This document shows positions 19,448-28,746 of a DNA stretch of 64,000 nucleotides, piece after piece. Both the position numbers and the translations under genes were made by a program. The notes under the pieces are model-generated. The model was not told the DNA's origin and searched no databases. It was given only the letters and a program-made list of their open reading frames with translations. Within the stretch, counting starts at the first letter, position 1; every line of letters starts with the position of its first letter. This DNA is from Thermoplasmatota archaeon (GTDB lineage: Archaea > Thermoplasmatota > Penumbrarchaeia > Penumbrarchaeales > Penumbrarchaeaceae). The stretch lies in contig JAWOCK010000113.1 in the NCBI GenBank assembly GCA_046483845.1, positions 25,494 to 89,493 on the forward strand, written 5' to 3'.

Positions 19448-19659
19448 CGTGAATCACGGTCCTTCCTTATCATTTCGGTCCCTGTTACACCGCTCCTCTT
19501 GAACCTGTTCTTCTTGAACCATTCAAGGGACCTCCTTGACTGCTCAAGCCTTAATTGCTCATCGAGTACCTTCGAAAGGAATTCACCTGGTTTGTATCCC
19601 AGCTTTCTGATCCTTTCTATGGTCTCGTCATCCACCCTGATCGATACGACAGTGCTCAT
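19444..19659 (-). CDS. vapB: VapB-like antitoxin
   Basis: MSTVVSIRVDDET...EMIRKDRDSR; ATGA overlap with vapC; start ATG 19659. Confidence 0.82.
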   Translation of the reverse strand: MSTVVSIRVDDETIERIRKLGYKPGEFLSKVLDEQLRLEQSRRSLEWFKKNRFKRSGVTGTEMIRKDRDSR

Positions 19660-19723
19660 GTAAACACCTTGTATACACCACATTGATAATATAATAAACT
19701 TTCTGGACATGCAATCACTCCTC

Positions 19724-19824
19724 GAATGGGGTTGGGAGCCGTCATACGATCTCTCCTCGATGACCGAGGACATGATAGAGAGGCTTTCAGCAAGACTTCC
19801 CTGATCGAGATAGATAAAGTTCGG
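19724..19824 (+). repeat. 101-bp direct repeat, copy 2 (orphan SDR 3'-end fragment)
   Basis: Encodes EWGWEPSYDLSSMTEDMIERLSARLP*, against EWDWKPSYDLSSMTEDMIEKLSARLL* in the gene. Confidence 0.92.
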
Positions 19825-20125
19825 CTAAAAGGTTGTTCAGAAGTGTCTATCCCAAAACGGACTGCACCTGTATGACCAATAAACAGTCCTTCGTCCGTGG
19901 GATATCAACGAGAGTCATTACATCATTCTACAGCAGCGTACATATAGATACACAGTGGTCGATATTATCTTATGTTTTTTATGTCAAATAACTTTACTAT
20001 TTGGCTGGTATTAGAAAAGATTTAACAACCAATATGCTCTTACTGTCAATACAACATCCATAGGAATTGAAAAATGGGAGGACATGTGTTCTCGATCATT
20101 AAGTATGAATAGATACCAATAAAAA

Positions 20126-23100
20126 GTGATCCAGTTGAGGAAAAACAAGCGTGCTCGACTTGCGCAAACAGCACTCGAGCGAATAAAAGCCCATGAGCAT
20201 CTCTGCCTCATCTACGAGAGCCAGGAGGAATGGAAAGAGGCCATCATACCCTTCATCAGGATGGGGATCGAGCGTGATCAGAAATGCATCTACATAGTTG
20301 GTGAACATACCGCAGAAGAGCTCATATCTCACCTGGATGAGGGGGGGATAGATACTGATCAAGTAATAAAATCAGGCCAGCTCGTGATCCTGAACGGGGA
20401 CGATCCATCCACCAAGGACGATCCTGAGCTGATGATATCCCTTCTCAGGAAGGAAACGGACAAGGCCCTGACCGAGGGTTATACTGCCTTAAGGGTCACA
20501 GATGAGATGACATGGATCACAGAAGAAAGCGAAGGATCTAACAAATTATTCGAATACGAGAAAGAACTGAACCGGGATATCATTCCTTTCCATCCCTGTA
20601 CGGCGATATGCCAATACAATAGAAACAGGTTCGATCCGGAGGTCATCAGGGAAGTGATCATGACACATCCCAAGATCCTTCTCGGAGAGGACATATACGA
20701 CAATTTCTACTACATACCACCGGAAAATTTTCCAGGTCAGCCAAAAGCCGAGATCGAGGTTGGGAAATGGCTGAACATCGTCGAGAGGGAAAGGGCACTG
20801 AACGAGAGATACAGGCTGTTCCTCGAGGGCACAACGGATATGGCCTACCTCAAGGACGATCAGTTCAGACATATGATGGCGAACGGGGCACTGCTCAAAT
20901 TCTTCGGAAAGGATCTGGACCAGGTCATAGGCAGGACCGATCTCGATCTCCTCCCCCCCGACGCGGCCCGAAACTGCCGCTTCAGCGACAAGGAAGCCCT
21001 CGAAAAACAAAAGAAGATCAGAACACAAGAGGAGATCGACGGTCGATATTACGAGACGATCAAGTTCCCCGTGAACATAGGAAAGGACAGGCTCGGGGTC
21101 GGGGGATTGATACGAGATATCACCGACCATAAGCGGGCCGAGGAGGCTCTGCGCCGCGAGCATGATCTTCGTCAGCGTTATCTTGATACCACCCATACCA
21201 TCATGGTCGCCCTGAACGCAGAAGGCCGCATCACCATGATCAACCGTGCGGGTTGTGAACTGCTTGGTTACACCGAGGAAGAACTCATGGGAAAAGAATG
21301 GTTTGAGAACTTCCTCCCCAAACCAGAGGGGATGAAAAAGGATTACCCGATATTCCAGCGCATCATGGCTGGCGACCTGGCTTCCAACGAATATGTTGAA
21401 AACAGCGTCATCTGCAAGGACGGAACACTGCGCCGGATCGGATGGCACAATACACTTCTAAAGGACGATGATGGCGAGATTGTCGGTACCTTGGGTTTTG
21501 GCGAAGATATCACGGACCGCAAGCGGGCCCAGGAGGAACTGATCGCTTCTGAGACACGTTACCGCAGGCTCTTCGAATCCGCCAAGGATGGCATTCTGAT
21601 CCTCGATGCATCCAGCGGGGAGATATTGGATGTGAACCCTTTCATGACCGATATGCTTGGTTATTCTTATGAAGAGTTCACGGGAAAGCATCTGTGGGAG
21701 ATCGGGGTCTTCCAGAATATATTCGAGAATAAGGAGAAATTCCTGGAACTGAAAGAAAGAGGATATGTAAGATACAGCCATCTGCCTCTCGAAACGTCGG
21801 ATGGTAAAGGTATAGACGTAGAGTTCGTCAGCAATGTCTATGATGTGGATCGTTCCAAGGTCATCCAGTGCAATATCCGTGACATAACAGAACGGAAAAA
21901 GATGGAAAAGGAACTGGAGAACACCCTTTCCGAACTATCCGCCATACATCAGAACGCTCCCATCATCATGATGTTGGTCGATAATGAGAGAAAGGTGAAA
22001 AAGGTAAACAAAGCTGCAGCCGAGTTTGCCAAAAGATCACCTGAGGACATGATCGGATTGGTCGGGGGCGAGGCGCTGATGTGCCTGAACTCCCTGGATG
22101 ATCCCGAGGGGTGCGGTTTCGGGCCCCGATGCAAAGAGTGCCGCGTCAGGAATGCGGTCCTTGATACATTCGAGGATCGAAAGAACCGGACTGACATCGA
22201 GGCATGGCTTCCTTTCCCCATGGAAGAGGGCAGTGAGGAGAGATGTCTTGAGGTGTCCACTTCATTCTTGACATTGGATGGCCAGAAACGAGTTCTCTTA
22301 TGTGCTCATGACATAACAGACAAGAAGGAGGCCAATGAGGCTCTAAAAGCCAGCGAAGAGAGATTCAGACTGCTGGCCGAGAACACACTTGATCTGATAT
22401 GGCAGATGGATATGAACCTTCGGTTCACGTACGTCAATCCCGCCTCTGAATCATTGTTCGGTTACACTCCGGAAGAGTTCATCGGAACACACCTATCCGA
22501 TCACTGCGACACTTCGGAATTTGCCCGGGTGACAGAGATAATATTGGAAGGTCTGCAGAGCCCGGAGGAAGACGAGGGAACAGTGGTCGAGACGGTATTT
22601 CACCACAAGGATGGGAGACGCATCCCATCGGAGGTCCACGGGAAATTACTTCTTGATGAGCAAGGGCGCCCTGCTGCAATCCAAGGGACCACCAGAGATA
22701 TCTCTGATAGAAGATCAAAGGAAGATGAGATCAATGACCTCAACTCGTTCCTTCTTTCCATCCGGTATGTCAACCAGACCATTGTTAAGGAGTCGGATTT
22801 CGATAGGATCCTATCGGAGACCTGTAGGATCCTGACCAGGATCAAGGGATACATGGATGTTGCCATCGGATTCAGGGAGGAAAAAACCGGTTATATGGAA
22901 TCGAGGGCCCATATTGGTATGCATGAGAGAAAGCCATGGAGATATGTTCCCGAAAAGGATGGAGATACACCTCCATGTATCAAAGAGGTGATCCAAACCG
23001 GGTCGACCGTGATACTCGAACCATCAGACACCCTATGCTCGGAATGCGGATATTGCTCTCACAACATGGATCACAGATCGATCCACGTTCCCATCAGGAA

Positions 23101-24331
23101 CTTCGAAGGAGAACCCCAGGGCATCATCTCCGCCTACGTGGAATCCGGGAGGAAGCTCCATGACCAGGAGATGCCTCTATTCGAAGAGATAGCGGACGAT
23201 CTTTTCTTCGCTCACGAAAAGATCACATCCGAGAAAGAACTGATCCAGAGCGAGAAGAAATATCGAACCTTGATAGAGACAACCTCCGAAGGCTACTGGT
23301 TAGTGGATGAGGAGGGTATGACCCTTGAGGTCAATGATGCACTGTGCTCCATGCTGGGATATGACAAAGATGATATTATCGGTAAAAGCCCCTTGGATTT
23401 CATGGATGATGATAACAAAGAGATCTACCGGAAGATGTTCCGCAAAAGATCGGATTCAAAGGACAGGACCTATAATATCCAGCTCATATCCAAAAAGGGA
23501 GATGTCCGCGATGTCATGGTCAGTGCTACAACGTTTGAGGATTCGAAAGGCAGTCCCTCGGGCGTCTTCGCATTGATCACTGATATCTCTAAGCTGAAGC
23601 GTATCAATGACGAACTTGAAAGAGAGAAGAAAAAATCGGATACCTTCCTGGACCTGATCAGTCATGATATCGGGAACATACATCAGGGAATTCTCTTATC
23701 ACTATCCCTATTGGATATCGATCCGATATCCGATAAAATGAAACAGAGATCATTAGCCAACATTCGCAATCTCGCCAACAGATCGATGCATCTGGTCAAG
23801 AACGTGATAATCCTGACAAAGCTGGATTCCATGGACAAGGAACTGGGCGAGATCGATGTGCTGGAAATGATGGACAATGCCATTGAATCCTGTCGATCCG
23901 CGTTCCCGAAAAAGAAGATCCGATACGATACCGTTTTCGATCATGCACCGGTGTTGATCAAAGCGGAACCGGTGGTGGGTGAGGTGTTCTTCAATCTTTT
24001 CCACAACAGCATCAAGGTGCAACAGGACAAGGAACCCAGGATCGAGACCGAGGTCATAGTGGACAAAGAACACTCATGTGTGAGGATCCGTATCTCGGAT
24101 TGGGGACCGGGCATATCCGATGATCTGAAGGAGAAGTTGCTATATCGCACCCGGGCCCCTGACAAGAAGATGCATTCCGGAATAGGATTGTCGTTGGTGA
24201 GAGAACTGATGAACCGTTATCATGGCAGGGTCAGGATCCTGAACAGATCGAAGGATGAGCCCGACTCCGGAACCTGTTTCGAACTGACCTTCCCACTACC
24301 CGAAGAGATCGATCCTGTTCGTCAGGACTGA
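20126..24331 (+). CDS. Soluble sensor histidine kinase: MEDS, multiple PAS, GAF, PAS, HisKA/HATPase
   Basis: HLCLIYES and ICQYNRNRF (MEDS); repeated DIT.RK PAS ends; ISHDIGN H-box; NLFHNSIK, DWGPGI, GIGLSLV. Confidence 0.92.
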   Translation: MIQLRKNKRARLAQTALERIKAHEHLCLIYESQEEWKEAIIPFIRMGIERDQKCIYIVGEHTAEELISHLDEGGIDTDQVIKSGQLVILNGDDPSTKDDPELMISLLRKETDKALTEGYTALRVTDEMTWITEESEGSNKLFEYEKELNRDIIPFHPCTAICQYNRNRFDPEVIREVIMTHPKILLGEDIYDNFYYIPPENFPGQPKAEIEVGKWLNIVERERALNERYRLFLEGTTDMAYLKDDQFRHMMANGALLKFFGKDLDQVIGRTDLDLLPPDAARNCRFSDKEALEKQKKIRTQEEIDGRYYETIKFPVNIGKDRLGVGGLIRDITDHKRAEEALRREHDLRQRYLDTTHTIMVALNAEGRITMINRAGCELLGYTEEELMGKEWFENFLPKPEGMKKDYPIFQRIMAGDLASNEYVENSVICKDGTLRRIGWHNTLLKDDDGEIVGTLGFGEDITDRKRAQEELIASETRYRRLFESAKDGILILDASSGEILDVNPFMTDMLGYSYEEFTGKHLWEIGVFQNIFENKEKFLELKERGYVRYSHLPLETSDGKGIDVEFVSNVYDVDRSKVIQCNIRDITERKKMEKELENTLSELSAIHQNAPIIMMLVDNERKVKKVNKAAAEFAKRSPEDMIGLVGGEALMCLNSLDDPEGCGFGPRCKECRVRNAVLDTFEDRKNRTDIEAWLPFPMEEGSEERCLEVSTSFLTLDGQKRVLLCAHDITDKKEANEALKASEERFRLLAENTLDLIWQMDMNLRFTYVNPASESLFGYTPEEFIGTHLSDHCDTSEFARVTEIILEGLQSPEEDEGTVVETVFHHKDGRRIPSEVHGKLLLDEQGRPAAIQGTTRDISDRRSKEDEINDLNSFLLSIRYVNQTIVKESDFDRILSETCRILTRIKGYMDVAIGFREEKTGYMESRAHIGMHERKPWRYVPEKDGDTPPCIKEVIQTGSTVILEPSDTLCSECGYCSHNMDHRSIHVPIRNFEGEPQGIISAYVESGRKLHDQEMPLFEEIADDLFFAHEKITSEKELIQSEKKYRTLIETTSEGYWLVDEEGMTLEVNDALCSMLGYDKDDIIGKSPLDFMDDDNKEIYRKMFRKRSDSKDRTYNIQLISKKGDVRDVMVSATTFEDSKGSPSGVFALITDISKLKRINDELEREKKKSDTFLDLISHDIGNIHQGILLSLSLLDIDPISDKMKQRSLANIRNLANRSMHLVKNVIILTKLDSMDKELGEIDVLEMMDNAIESCRSAFPKKKIRYDTVFDHAPVLIKAEPVVGEVFFNLFHNSIKVQQDKEPRIETEVIVDKEHSCVRIRISDWGPGISDDLKEKLLYRTRAPDKKMHSGIGLSLVRELMNRYHGRVRILNRSKDEPDSGTCFELTFPLPEEIDPVRQD

Positions 24332-24336
24332 TGATG

Positions 24337-25380
24337 TCACAGGATCAAGGTAGCCAGGAACATCATAAGTACGAAGGCCCCCACACCAAGGAACATGGGA
24401 ATGGGGAGCCCGGGCAGGATCCCGCTGCTGTCCTTTCTGGTCAGACGATAGATCGTGTATGCGAACCCGATGAGTATCGCCACGACCACGGGAACGAAGA
24501 AGAAGGGGAGCATCCACCAGCCCTCGGTCCTCACGTAATCTGCGGAATAGAACATGGAGTGGGCCCCAAGGACGGAATAGAATACCAGGTCGCCTATCCC
24601 GAGCTGCCACGAACCTGCATCGTAGGTGAGGTTGTCGAAGGGGAACTCGTCGGAGTCATCACCCAGGGGATCCCATCTAGCCATGAGCCGGCCGTTCATA
24701 TCGAGCTCCACCATCTCCTTTATAGGGCCCTTGAAAACGGCATAGATGTCCCAGAGGGCAAGTCCTATCAGCAACGGTAGAACGGTCCACGTCGGAAGTA
24801 TCACCGCCATGAAGGCCCCCATCAGAGAGGATATGACGATCAGCGAACCGTTCCTCTCCTTTCTTGTGAAACCCCGGGACAGGACCATGGAGACCACGAC
24901 GTAGCCCACAAGAAGGCCTGCGATCATGAAACCCAGCAGGGACCCCATGGAATAGAGTTCCGGGATGGTGTAGAGCTCGAACTCCACAGGCTCCTTGACC
25001 CAGATGACGGACCAGACACGTTCGTATACTATCTCATTGAGCTTGTAGAGGAAGAAGGCGAGTATCACGCCTGTGGCGAAGGTGAGCATGCCCCTGAACA
25101 TCCTCTTCAACGTCCTTCTCTTGCCTTTCTTGATGATGTAGAGGATACCGAAACTGCCGACGATGGCAGGGACCAGGAACAGAAGAACATTGCCCAGACC
25201 AGCCGTTGCCTGCCCTGCCGTGCCTGACTCCTCCTCGGCGACGAACACCGCGGCCTCCACCTGGGTGGCCGAAAGCGTTGCGAAGAACGCCAGGGTGCTG
25301 GCCGCCATGATCACGATGAGTACGGGGAGAAAGAATAGAAACGCCCTCTTGGTGAGCTTACCCAGGTCCCTCATTTCCAT
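24337..25380 (-). CDS. Presenilin-family (GxGD) intramembrane aspartyl protease
   Basis: Polytopic; ALWDIYAVF, LGIGDL, PGLP (PAL-like); start probably ATG 25380 or 25374. Confidence 0.88.
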   Translation of the reverse strand: MEMRDLGKLTKRAFLFFLPVLIVIMAASTLAFFATLSATQVEAAVFVAEEESGTAGQATAGLGNVLLFLVPAIVGSFGILYIIKKGKRRTLKRMFRGMLTFATGVILAFFLYKLNEIVYERVWSVIWVKEPVEFELYTIPELYSMGSLLGFMIAGLLVGYVVVSMVLSRGFTRKERNGSLIVISSLMGAFMAVILPTWTVLPLLIGLALWDIYAVFKGPIKEMVELDMNGRLMARWDPLGDDSDEFPFDNLTYDAGSWQLGIGDLVFYSVLGAHSMFYSADYVRTEGWWMLPFFFVPVVVAILIGFAYTIYRLTRKDSSGILPGLPIPMFLGVGAFVLMMFLATLIL

Positions 25381-25579
25381 GCAGCCGGTAATCGACTTCT
25401 CCGAATTAAAGCTCACCCCTGTTGTTTTTTTGGAACCTGTGGAAATTTTTCCAACACATGGTTGAATTCTATTCAAATGAAGGCTCATGAGGGTTTTTTT
25501 CCAAAATCTTTTCATATCGAAGTGGTCGAGCAGGATATCCGGGTAGACGATAGGGGATCCATATCCTTAACCCTCGGAT

Positions 25580-26533
25580 TCATCCGAGCAGCTGATCCTT
25601 GAAATATACTATCTCACCCGGGGTCTCGCCGATCCTGAACGCCCTGATCCCACCGGACCTGAATATCATGTAGTTGCCCTTGAAACCGATGACATCTCCC
25701 CTGATAACGTGTCCCCTGTAGAGTCTCGGAGCCGATTCCAGAGGCTCCTCCAGAGGATATGAAAGAGGTATGGGTGCAGCATCATATCGATCGGGGGAGC
25801 TCGAGACCTTGACCCCATCTGGCACCGACTTCCGAATGATCGGCCATTCGGACCTCAGTTCCGACCGGATCCTCAGCAGGGTCTCGGACTGGTCCATCGG
25901 CCTCATCGGCACCGACCAGCCCTTCAATTTCACAAAAGAACCGAGTGCCTGAGGGATGCCGAGCTTTTCCGAGAGCATGTTCTCCATCACCCTGGCCGAG
26001 TATCTGTCGCCCAGAACCAGCAGGGGAAAGATAAGGTCTGCACCCTGCTCTCTTCCCCTTTTCTCGACCCTGCAAAGCTGGGTCATCCCCACTTTGCGGC
26101 GTCCCCTGAACGAGGTCACATAGACCACATGATCTGCCTTGCAGAACTTTGCCCCGCAGGAGTCTTCATTGCAGTGGGGCTCAAAGATGCATCGGGGGTC
26201 CGGTATATCGAAGGACATGCATTCGGGACACTGGGGGAATTGACCGACCCTTGCGGTGTACGGGCAGGGAACGTGCTCCCCATCCGGGAACCTGCCTACG
26301 CAGTACCTGTCCAGAGATCTCCTGAAATGGTACTTTCCTATTTCCGACGGCCCAAGCTCGATAGGCTCATCGGCAGGGAACAGATCATCACCTTTCCTTT
26401 TCAGGGGGAGAAGGCTCCATCCGGGTCGATCACCCACCCAGGTATGGCCGAGAACATGATAGGGGATGTCGAATCGCGAACCATCCAGTGTATGGTCCCT
26501 CGGACCGATGAACGGGATCGGAGGATAGGGCAT
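25580..26533 (-). CDS. DUF2797-like Cys-rich hypothetical protein
   Basis: RYCVG, CPY, QCPEC, HVVYV...KVGMT, REQGAD, GFKGNY. Confidence 0.7.
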   Translation of the reverse strand: MPYPPIPFIGPRDHTLDGSRFDIPYHVLGHTWVGDRPGWSLLPLKRKGDDLFPADEPIELGPSEIGKYHFRRSLDRYCVGRFPDGEHVPCPYTARVGQFPQCPECMSFDIPDPRCIFEPHCNEDSCGAKFCKADHVVYVTSFRGRRKVGMTQLCRVEKRGREQGADLIFPLLVLGDRYSARVMENMLSEKLGIPQALGSFVKLKGWSVPMRPMDQSETLLRIRSELRSEWPIIRKSVPDGVKVSSSPDRYDAAPIPLSYPLEEPLESAPRLYRGHVIRGDVIGFKGNYMIFRSGGIRAFRIGETPGEIVYFKDQLLG

Positions 26534-26596
26534 CAGCAAATTAAAGTAGGGTTCCCTTTATATGCCTAACGTTCGATAGACCGAAGGTTCGGGTTG

Positions 26597-28012
26597 ATGG
26601 CAATGGACAGCAAGGAAAGACTGGAACTGGTGCTCCGGGGAGCAGAGGAGATCGTCACCGAAAAGGAGATAAAAGAGCTTCTGGAGACCGGGGAGGACCT
26701 ACGAGCCTACGTTGGATACGAGCCTTCCGGTTTCGTGCATATCGGTTGGTTCATAATCACCATGAAGATAGACGACCTGATAAAGGCGGGATTCAAGGTG
26801 GACGTGCTGCTGGCCGACTGGCACGCTTTCATAAACGACAAGTTCGACGGGGACCTGGAGAAGATAAAGGCATGCGGGGACTATTTCATAGACTGCTATC
26901 GGGCCTTCGGACTGGGCGATGCCATTGACAGTGGAAAGGTCAGCTTCAAATGGGCCAGCGAGATGGCTGATTCCGCGGATTACTGGGAAAAGGTGCTCAG
27001 GATCGCCAAATCGGCCTCTCTTTCCAGGATAAAGAGGGCCATGACGGTCATGGGCAGGAAGGAGGATGAGGGCGATCTGGATTCATCGAAGTTCCTCTAT
27101 CCCTCTATGCAGGCAGCCGACATATTCGACCTCGGCGTGGACCTGGCCATCGGAGGTATGGACCAGAGACATGCACATATGCTGGCAAGGGATGCCGCGG
27201 AGAAGTTGGGTTGGAGGAAGCCCACCGCCCTTCATACGCCACTTCTTTCCAGCCTCTCCAAGGGAGGAAGGATGGAGATGATAACCGGCCCCACAGGGGG
27301 TCTGGACCATGATGCCCTGGCCAACAACATCGAGAAGGACCTCCAGCATCTGATAGACAACGAGAGTCTGAGCCCCGAGACCAGGGAGATCCTCTTCGGC
27401 CTGCAGAAGATGGACAGGAAGAAGAGGCACAAGGCCATCGAGGTACTTATAGCAGGGAAGAGGAGGGTGGGGGGAAAGACGCCGATCCTGTCGGCCCTCA
27501 GCAGGGAGGACAACAACGGTAACCTGGCATTCGAGACCGACGAGCTGCACAAGCTCAACAGACAGCTCAATATAGCAAGACGGGAGCTCTTTGCCTATCT
27601 TGGACTCCAGGACCAGGAGGATATCTCAAAACAAAAGATGTCCAAATCAGATCCCGATTCCGGCATATATCTGCATGATGAAGAGGACGACATAAGGAGA
27701 AAGATCAAGAAGGCATGGTGTCCGGAAGGGGTCCCGGACAATCCGGTGATGGAAATATGCAAGACGATAATATTTCCCAAGAAGGGCGAACTCCATATCA
27801 AGAGGCCGGAGAAATGGGGCGGGGACCTCCACTTCGAGAGCTACCAGGAGCTCAGGGCCCGCTTCACAAAGAAACAGCTCCACCCGGCCGACCTGAAGAA
27901 AGAGGTCGCTGCCCAGATGGTGGAGATACTGAAACCATTCAGGGACTACTTCAAGGAGAACCCCAAGACCCTCAACATCATTAAAGAGCGGGCAGGGCCC
28001 ATTTCAAAGTAG
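26597..28012 (+). CDS. tyrS: Tyrosine--tRNA ligase (archaeal type) with a large insertion
   Basis: YVGYEPSG-HIGW, LADWHA, YPSMQAADIF, GGMDQRHAHMLARD, KMSKS, LHPADLK. Confidence 0.96.
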   Translation: MAMDSKERLELVLRGAEEIVTEKEIKELLETGEDLRAYVGYEPSGFVHIGWFIITMKIDDLIKAGFKVDVLLADWHAFINDKFDGDLEKIKACGDYFIDCYRAFGLGDAIDSGKVSFKWASEMADSADYWEKVLRIAKSASLSRIKRAMTVMGRKEDEGDLDSSKFLYPSMQAADIFDLGVDLAIGGMDQRHAHMLARDAAEKLGWRKPTALHTPLLSSLSKGGRMEMITGPTGGLDHDALANNIEKDLQHLIDNESLSPETREILFGLQKMDRKKRHKAIEVLIAGKRRVGGKTPILSALSREDNNGNLAFETDELHKLNRQLNIARRELFAYLGLQDQEDISKQKMSKSDPDSGIYLHDEEDDIRRKIKKAWCPEGVPDNPVMEICKTIIFPKKGELHIKRPEKWGGDLHFESYQELRARFTKKQLHPADLKKEVAAQMVEILKPFRDYFKENPKTLNIIKERAGPISK

Positions 28013-28088
28013 GTCCGAGGACCGTCATCTATTCATATAAAGAGAAATATCCCAATTAAAACCCCCGGAAAAGGACGGTCCGTTCACC

Positions 28089-28736
28089 ATGGCTGGCGAT
28101 ATAGTAGAAGGGATTAATCCGACAAGAATGGAACTTCTCTCCATAAGAAAGAAAAGGGTGCTTGCGGAGAAGGGACACAAGCTTCTGGGGGAGAAGAGGG
28201 ACGCACTGGTGGTCCAGTTCTTCGATGTGCTGAAGAAGAGGGAAAAGCTGAAAAATAGCGTTGTATCGGCATTCGGGGAAGCGGGCTCTTCCTTGGAGGA
28301 CGCCATGGCAAAGATGGGCTACGAGAGCGTCAAGGCCATGGCCAGAGGCATCGCACCATACCAGTCCCCGAACATAACCAGCCTGAACATCATGGGGGTC
28401 AAGGTCCCGGTGGTCGATACGGAAGCCATCGAGGATACCACCCTTCCCTGGGGACTGGGCAGCACACCGCACTCACTGGACGAATCCGCCAGGAAGTACG
28501 GGGAAGCCCTGGAGAAGATAATGCTCCTGGCAGAGGCTGAAGGCTCCATGGAGAGGCTTGCCGTGGAGATAGAGAAGACCAAAAGGAGGGTCAACGCACT
28601 GGAACATATATTCATACCCAGGTTGAGGAACACGGAGAGATACATCACCATGCAACTACAGGAACGGGAGAGGGAGGACTTCTTCCGGAGGAAGAGGATC
28701 AAGGCTTTGATGGAGAACAAGGAAGAGAGCACCTGA
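28089..28736 (+). CDS. atpD: A/V-type ATP synthase subunit D
   Basis: INPTRMELL, GHKLL.EKRDAL, NIMGVKVP, EIEKTKRRVNALE, EREDFFR. Confidence 0.95.
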   Translation: MAGDIVEGINPTRMELLSIRKKRVLAEKGHKLLGEKRDALVVQFFDVLKKREKLKNSVVSAFGEAGSSLEDAMAKMGYESVKAMARGIAPYQSPNITSLNIMGVKVPVVDTEAIEDTTLPWGLGSTPHSLDESARKYGEALEKIMLLAEAEGSMERLAVEIEKTKRRVNALEHIFIPRLRNTERYITMQLQEREREDFFRRKRIKALMENKEEST

Positions 28737-28746
28737 GGTTGAACAC

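Noticed and set aside
19660-19773. N-terminal extension of the antitoxin ORF (19444-19773)
   Set aside because: The extension reads through the promoter and the antisense of the direct repeat; ATG 19659 gives a typical antitoxin
18906-19824. Diversity-generating retroelement template/variable repeat pair
   Set aside because: Differences run in both directions and include T/C, so they are not adenine-specific in one copy; no intact RT is nearby
25381-25515. N-terminal extension of the presenilin-family ORF
   Set aside because: AT-rich, promoter-like sequence with no protein-like features
27275-27634. Intein in TyrRS
   Set aside because: No intein terminal residues or LAGLIDADG motif seen
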